A stretch of DNA of 64,000 nt. It comes from Penicillus capitatus. Taxonomy: Eukaryota; Plantae; Chlorophyta. Positions 57,801 to 64,000 of this stretch are shown in pieces. The stretch is taken from contig OZ287694.1 in NCBI GenBank assembly GCA_965649825.1, forward strand, positions 2,135,292 through 2,199,291. The letters are read 5' to 3'. Position 1 is the first letter of the stretch; every line of letters starts with the position of its first letter. The position numbers were made by a program, and so were the translations under genes. The notes under the pieces are model-generated. The model was not told the DNA's origin and did no database searches. It was given only the letters and a program-made list of their open reading frames with translations.

Positions 57801-60800
57801 AACGCCATCCTCTCGAAACGCATCCCACTGACGCAGCCGTTTGCCCTGGAGCGTGTTCTGACGACGGACGTCGAGACGACTCTATGGGCGTCGCAAGGCC
57901 TCCCGCCGGATGAGCTCTCCATACAGAACGGCATCTTGGCCTCGCGGTCTCAGAAGTGGCCACTCTGTATCGATCCCCAGATGCAGGCGCACGCGTGGAT
58001 CAAGACGAAAGAAGGGGCGGAGCTCGACGGGCGCGTCAAATCGTTCTCAGACGGGGATTTCTTAAAGCAGCTGGAGCTGGCCATTCAATATGGCTTGCCG
58101 TTTCTCTTTGAAAACCTCGAGGAGCATCTGGATCCCGTCATCGATCCCGTCCTCGAGAAGAACCGGACGATTGAGGGGAGCCGCCAGGTGGTGATGCTCG
58201 GGGATAAAGAAGTCGAATGGGATGACAGTTTCCGACTGTACATGACGACCAAGCTCGCCAATCCACACTACGGCCCTGAAGTCTCCGGCAAAACGATGCT
58301 CATTAACTTTGCCGTGACACAACAGGCATGATGCACGAACGCACGAACAGACCCATACTGAGCTGAAGAGGCGGCCCTAGGGATTGACGGATCAGTTGCT
58401 GAACGTCGTGGTGGGCCACGAACGGCGCGATTTGGAAGAGCGCAGGGCGAGTTTGGTTTTGGAGATGTCGGAGAACAAGGCGGCGCTGAAAGGCCTCGAG
58501 GCGACATTGCTTCACGAGCTGTCCAAGGCACAAGGTGCGCCGCGTCTCTAGCATCGCGGCGTCTGTACACAGCGCCCGTCGCTGGCGGCGGCTGTCTTTT
58601 AGGGAATATCTTGGACAACGGCGAGTTGATTCAGACGTTGGAGGAGACGAAGACGAAAGCGACGGAAATTGCTGAGAAGCTGCAGACGTCGTGCAAAACG
58701 GCGGCCGAGATCGAAACGGCCTGTCAGCAATACCGACCCGTCGCCAAACGCGGCGCGATTCTTTTCTTCGTCCTCGAAAGCTTGGCAAGAATCTCCAACA
58801 TGTACGAGTACAGGTAAGACGCCTGCCTCTCCACGACCCTCTCGGACGCATGCCTCCCTCGACAGCCTCGCTGCTTTTCTCGGCGTTTTTCACAAGTCCC
58901 TCGTCAAGGCGCCGCCGTCAGAGGAGATCGCGCAACGCCTGTGCAACATACTGGACACCTTGACACTCGATATCTACCACTTTACATCACTCGGTAGACG
59001 GCACGGTCTGTGTGCGTCGACTGGATCCCTCTGCCGCAGGACTGTTTGAGAAGCACAAGCTCCTGTTTTCGTTTCAGATGACGGTGAAGATTGAAGAAGG
59101 CGAAGGTCGAATGCAGCGAGATCTGCTCGAGTTCTTTGCCAAGGGGAATACGGCGCTGGAGAGGAGCCCCGCCGCCAGGCCGTTTGAATGGCTGCCTGAG
59201 CAAGCGTGGCACGATATGACGAAACTCCAATGCCTGTCGACCGATTCCGTCTTCGCCTCGCTCGCGGAGGACGTCGCACGCAACGAGCTCAAGTGGAAGG
59301 CGTACTATGAGCACGAGGCTGCCGAAGAGGAGGAGGCGCCGTTAGGCGCTGCGCGTGAGATGACGCCATTTGAGAAGCTGCTTCTCCTGCGCTGTCTGCG
59401 CGTGGATCGCGTGACGGTCGCCGTGACGTCCTACGTGACAGGGACGCTCGGAAAAGCTTACGTCCAGCCGCCGGTGCTCCACTACCAGCGTCTCTTCGAG
59501 CAGAGCTCAGCAACGACACCTATTCTCTTCGTGCTCTCCCCTGGCGCGGATCCCGTCTTCGATGTCATGCGACTCGGCGAGCGACTCGGATTCAAACCGG
59601 GCCATCGACTCAAACACATCGCACTTGGCCAAGGTAAGAGGCGGCGCCCTTGTATCCCGAACGCAATGCGATACGTACTGACGTTGACAGGAATGGGCAA
59701 GAAGGCAGAGGAGTTGCTGTCCGTCGCGTCACAGCGCGGTCTATGGGTCATGCTTCAGAATTGTCATCTACTGCCAAAATGGCTGAAGACGCTGGAGAAG
59801 TGGCTCGAAAAGACGACGCAGCCGCATAGCGACTTTCGTTTGTGGCTGACGACGGATCCGACGGAGAGCTTCCCGCTCGGCATTCTGCAGCGCTGCGTCA
59901 AAGTGGTGACGGAACCGCCCAATGGACTGAAGCCAAACATGCGATCCTCCTACTCCAAACTCGACGACGCGGCACTCAGCCAATGTCCACACGCCGCTTT
60001 CAAGCCTCTCGTCTACATCCTCAGTTTCTTCCACGCCGTCGTACAAGAGCGGCGAAAATACGGTACGATCGACGGGCCCTTTGGCAGGGCGACAGTGATG
60101 GCTTAGGCAAGTTGGGATGGAATGTGCCGTACGATTTCAACGAGACCGACTTTCGCATCAGTATGACGCTCATTGCGACGTATCTCTCAAAATCGACGCC
60201 CGGCGAACGGGAGGCCATTCCGTGGAAGACGCTCAAGTACTTGATCGGCGAGGCGATGTACGGTGGGCGTGTGTCGGACAACGACGACCGTCGTGTGCTG
60301 CGGACCTACCTGGACGAGTACATTGGCGATTTTATCTTTGATGAGTTCGGACGTTTTTGGCTTTACCATCATCACGGCGTCAAGACGACGCTGCCGAGGG
60401 AGACGAACGGCGATGTGGCGCACTACCGAAGCATCGTCGAGGCGTTTCCCGACGTCCTGTGTCCAACCGTTTTTGGACTGAGCGCCAACGCTGACATCTC
60501 ATACTATACGGACCGAACGCGGCAGTTGTGGACGGATCTCGTGCGGCTACAGGCGCAGTCGTCGGGTGGCGGCGCCGCCGGCGGTCCTTCGCGAGAAACG
60601 CTCGTTCAGAAGATCGTTGACGATTTGCGGGAGAGGATTCCGGAGCCGTTTGACGTGCAGCGAATCAGGAAGGGCACGCCGCGTCCGGAACCGTTGCAGC
60701 TCGTGCTTCATCAGGAGCTCGACCATTGGAATCGCCTCGTGCGTTTCATGACGGCGAGTCTGGCGGAGCTGGACAAGGCGTTGTCGGGTGAGGTGGGATT

Positions 60801-61419
60801 CTCATCGGATCTCGAAGCACTGGCCGATGCGCTGTACAACGGACAGCTTCCGTCGAGCTGGGCACGATTGGCGCCGCAGACAGAGAAGAGCTTGGGTCAT
60901 TGGATGGAAAGCTTTGCCGAACGTTATCGGCAATACCGTCTCTGGATCGAGAAGGGCACACCAAAGGTCCTGTGGCTGTCCGGCCTGCACGTACCGGAGA
61001 CCTTCTTGGCGGCGCTGATCCAAACGGCCTGTCGTCGCGAGGGATGGCCCCTGGACAAGGCAACGCTCTCAACGGACGTCACGAGCATCACCGATCCCGA
61101 CGCGATCGTTTCGCCGCCGGAGATGGGCTGCTATGTCCATGGACTGTATCTGGAAGGTGCGGGATGGGATCTGGACGGTCGACGTCTGACACAGCAGAAG
61201 CCGAAGGAGACGTTGACAGCCATGCCGATCATTCGACTGCTCCCTGAGGCGTCCCGCGAATCGGTCGATCGTGGAGTCTACCGAGCACCGGTCTATGTGA
61301 CGCAGCGACGACGCGATGCCATGGGCAAGGGACACGTTTTCGATGCGGATCTCCGATCCGACGAGCATGCGAGTCACTGGACGCTTCAGGGCGTCGCTCT
61401 TGTGCTGAACATTGCTTAA
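45881..61419 (+). CDS. DNAH10: Axonemal dynein heavy chain, DNAH10/inner-arm I1(f) 1-alpha type, dozens of short introns; start uncertain
   Basis: [47 protein letters not shown] (P1), GQSGGGKS (P2), GESGTAKT (P3), GVGGLGKK (P4), [12 protein letters not shown], ends [14 protein letters not shown]. Confidence 0.93.
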
Positions 61420-61429
61420 AGATGACGGT

Positions 61430-61855
61430 CTACCACCAACTCAGGCGTATGTTTCCCCTTGCGGTGTGGGCCGTCTTGTGTAGAGCGTCTCTCTTGACAA
61501 CTGACTCTCCTTTCTTCTGGTATGCGTCGTACAGTGCCTCGGCGAGACAGGTGGACATCGAGGTATGGGTTTTCTTTGATTTCTGTCGCGCTTCCTGTAT
61601 GAGCCATCGCATTCCGATCCGCAGCTGACGGCGTCGTGTGATGATACGCGGAATCTGAAGCGTTCGGGACCCGCGCTTCAGTTTGACGACTTCGATGCTG
61701 GGAATCACGTTCTCGACGGCGCGTATCAGAATGGAAGAGGCGCTCGGTACACGCATGGCAAGCGAGCAATAAGGGGATGCGTTTATGCAGTCGTTTTCAT
61801 GTACGGCACGATGCATCATTCGCCGTTTTGACGTCAAGTGCTCAATTTTTTCCAT
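61430..61855 (-). CDS. rps7: Mitochondrial-type ribosomal protein uS7, nuclear copy
   Basis: RAVENVIPSIEV...QIPRII...MRWLIQEA...LAEALYDAYQKKGESVVKRDALHKTA, ending in WW* like organellar Rps7. N-terminus divergent. Confidence 0.85.
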   Translation of the reverse strand: MEKIEHLTSKRRMMHRAVHENDCINASPYCSLAMRVPSASSILIRAVENVIPSIEVVKLKRGSRTLQIPRIITRRRQLRIGMRWLIQEARQKSKKTHTSMSTCLAEALYDAYQKKGESVVKRDALHKTAHTARGNIRLSWW

Positions 61856-62954
61856 CAAGTGCAAGATCGCCTTAAGAAGACTGAAGACCGGTGTCGTCAA
61901 CGAGGTGCGAGGAAAGGGAAAGAATTACAAAATGACACAAACGGAGATATCATTCTGTCAGTGGAGAGCTGTCCGCCTTCGTGCAGCTGCCACGGAGACG
62001 CGTTGATATGACGTTCGTGTGCGTTTGACGTGTATAGAATCCGAATAAATGAACTCTAGAACAATCAGTCTTTATAACTGTGGGCCTAAAGATGATTTCA
62101 ATTAGGGATGTTATAGATCTGTGGACCGGATGATAAGGTTTGTGTTTAAGGTTCCGCATCCGCATTCGTTCGACCGATTCTCAGCCGCCGACGTGAGTGT
62201 GCGAGTATGAGTGCAACAGCTGGTTTCGGAGCCGCGTTTACGATGGCGCATAAGCTTCTTTTGTGCGCGACTAATCGCAGAAGCGGTACGCACTCGTTCT
62301 GGCGCTGGAGAAGCCCCTCACGAAGCGTCTTCTCAATCAACGGGCTCCTCAACGGCGAGCTCAAACGACGTAAATTCAGAAGGTCAGGAGGGATGGTGGC
62401 GATGGCTTTTGTCAACGCTCATGAGAGCGCGACCGTCGCCAATTGTAATTCCGCTGGCTGACCCAGAAGTAGACCAATGCCGAGGGGTGGTACAGTGCGT
62501 CGCAGAAGTCCTGTCGACTTTGGCCAACGCTAGTTGGTTCATCAGAACCTAGATACTTCGCTTGCTTCAGGACCCTACAACCTGGATCTATCAACTTCAT
62601 TATAGAATTTAGAAGGATTTAGAACTGTCTGAGGAAATCCGGAGGGTCGAACACGCCATTGTGGGATTCATATTATGGACGTTGATGGTGAATGCGATGG
62701 TATGGTCAGGATTGCATGCAGGCAGTCCGAGGACGTGGGCACCTAGAGTATGGACGCAATTCATAAGGATTCCCGTCGTAGCCTTGTGAAATGAAATAGC
62801 AGAACAATTGAGAAAGGTCAACAAAGAGGATCCAGAAGTGTTGAGACAGCGGAAAGAGATTGAAGAGCTCAAGTCGGCTGCACAGGACAAACCCAAGAGT
62901 GATGAGACGCAGTGGGCAATGATTTCAGTGGAGCTACAGGATATCCGCCGATAG

Positions 62955-63410
62955 ATGCGGAATCCATCACAGCAGTCCTCTACATCAGCGGTCGAGCCTG
63001 CGTCTCGCAAACTCTACTATCTACAGGCTACTGTCGGAGGCAACGAGAAGCATGTAGTGCGTTTTCTTGTCGATAGCGGCGCTGTTCAGAATATTTTGAC
63101 GAGTCAATTCTGTGAGGAAGCAACTATCATGGCGACGCCAATCCAGACAGAGGAAAGAGTGGCGGCGTTTACGGGACAACCATGCAGGGTGCTCGGAGGA
63201 GTCAATATTCCAGTCTGTGTAGCAACACAAGAGAAAACAATCGACTTTACTGTTGTAGAGAGTTCTGTGGTCCCTATTTGGCCTACCAACACTTCAAGCC
63301 TTTGGCTTTTCCGTCGACTGTCAACACGACGCTCTAAGGCTTTCCGATGGACGTCAAGTATTTTGCGCGGCCGTCGCCACTGGGGCGGTCACGGAAGAAA
63401 AAAAAACTGA
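62955..63410 (+). pseudogene. Retropepsin aspartic protease, frameshifted
   Basis: DSG active site. The frame switches near 63280 (VVPI / FGLPTLQAFGF). Confidence 0.75.
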
Positions 63411-63457
63411 GGGCCCCTAAGCCTGAGGCTTCGGGGCTACAGAACTAGAGTCGTTGT

Positions 63458-63802
63458 ATGCCACCGGAGGCGGCCGTACGCATTCTCATCACAGAATTGG
63501 TGGCACGTGGAGTGAGAGTCGTGAACAAGGGGAATAGAGTCTTGATCCCACTTGCAAGGACTTTAATGTTGTGTCCGTTACAGAGCCGCTTACTGGTGCT
63601 CCCATTCAAGATCGAAGGCAGTGGACTCAGAGGGATTGTCTCTACATCTCAGATATCAGGTCTTTTCATATCTCCGATAAGTCTTCGTCGTAATCGCATC
63701 GTTCGTCGAGTGAGCGACACATTCCCCATCTATGTATGTCTCCTACAGTTAGTTCACACGCTACCCTGCGATATAAACTCCAACACTTTCGAAATCAAAT
63801 AA
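63458..63802 (+). CDS. Possible degenerate dUTPase-like ORF of the retroelement
   Basis: Beta-rich IPLARTLMLCPLQSRLLVLPFKIEGSGLRGIVSTSQISGLFISP pattern only loosely resembles the trimeric dUTPase fold. It lies in the -1 frame after the slippery site. Confidence 0.3.
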   Translation: MPPEAAVRILITELVARGVRVVNKGNRVLIPLARTLMLCPLQSRLLVLPFKIEGSGLRGIVSTSQISGLFISPISLRRNRIVRRVSDTFPIYVCLLQLVHTLPCDINSNTFEIK

Positions 63803-64000
63803 ACGGCTAAAGCGAATCTATGTGCGTTTGAATCGTTTTCCCTTGATCACTGCTGAAAACCTCACGAATGTGTGTTGAAACATGCTTTGTAACTTCATAA
63901 GGACATTGCCGAAATGGATCAAATTTCTTGTCAAGTGCTTCGAATGTCTAGTGATCGAAAACCCATGCTTTTGATCCCACAGGGTAGAGAGATCCTTCTT

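Larger units (their letters stand above)
62535..64000 (+). mobile_element. Decayed LTR-type retroelement remnant (gag-like, protease, dUTPase-like ORF); may continue beyond the window
   Basis: PBS-like TGGTTCATCAGA at 62535. Gag-like frame with in-frame TGA/TAG. Protease RFLVDSGAVQNIL whose C-terminal motif (GLPTLQAFGFSVD) lies in another frame. Confidence 0.7.

Noticed and set aside
62146-62415. 89-aa minus-strand ORF upstream of rps7 as a possible presequence exon
   Set aside because: It ends in its own stop, has no ATG, and no splice path to rps7 could be supported.
1-64000. Alternative genetic code (TAA/TAG = Gln, as in some ulvophytes)
   Set aside because: Conserved proteins end at TAA (dynein, FTSH4) and TAG (rps7 after WW), and long exons have no in-frame TAR.

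Overview
This is compact, GC-rich eukaryotic nuclear DNA, most likely from a flagellate-producing green alga (Chlorophyta). Evidence: several plastid-targeted genes (LTO1/VKOR, plastid S20, FLU, HCF173-like, Fd-GOGAT, HCF164), an axonemal dynein heavy chain, many short (~30-85 nt) spliceosomal introns, and the standard code (TAA, TAG and TGA all end conserved genes). The window holds about 20 protein genes, one tRNA-Gly(GCC), two decayed LTR-type retroelement remnants (gag, aspartic protease and a dUTPase-like ORF, no RT visible) and some gene fragments. Most ORF-track entries are exon fragments or antisense artefacts; I rebuilt gene models by eye, so their boundaries are approximate. Four observations stand out. 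(1) A ~1,640-aa NLR-like STAND protein has an unknown N-terminal domain, a NACHT domain and 11 x 37-aa HEAT repeats with a higher-order duplication. (2) The non-coding 8-mer GATGTGAC/GTCACATC occurs at least 29 times (about 2 expected), almost always in introns or intergenic DNA and in both orientations. (3) GC-AG introns and 29-31-nt introns are frequent. (4) An 82-bp dispersed element is bounded by GT...AG, and one retroelement carries a textbook-looking -1 frameshift signal. No database search could be run; family assignments come from motifs I recognised.
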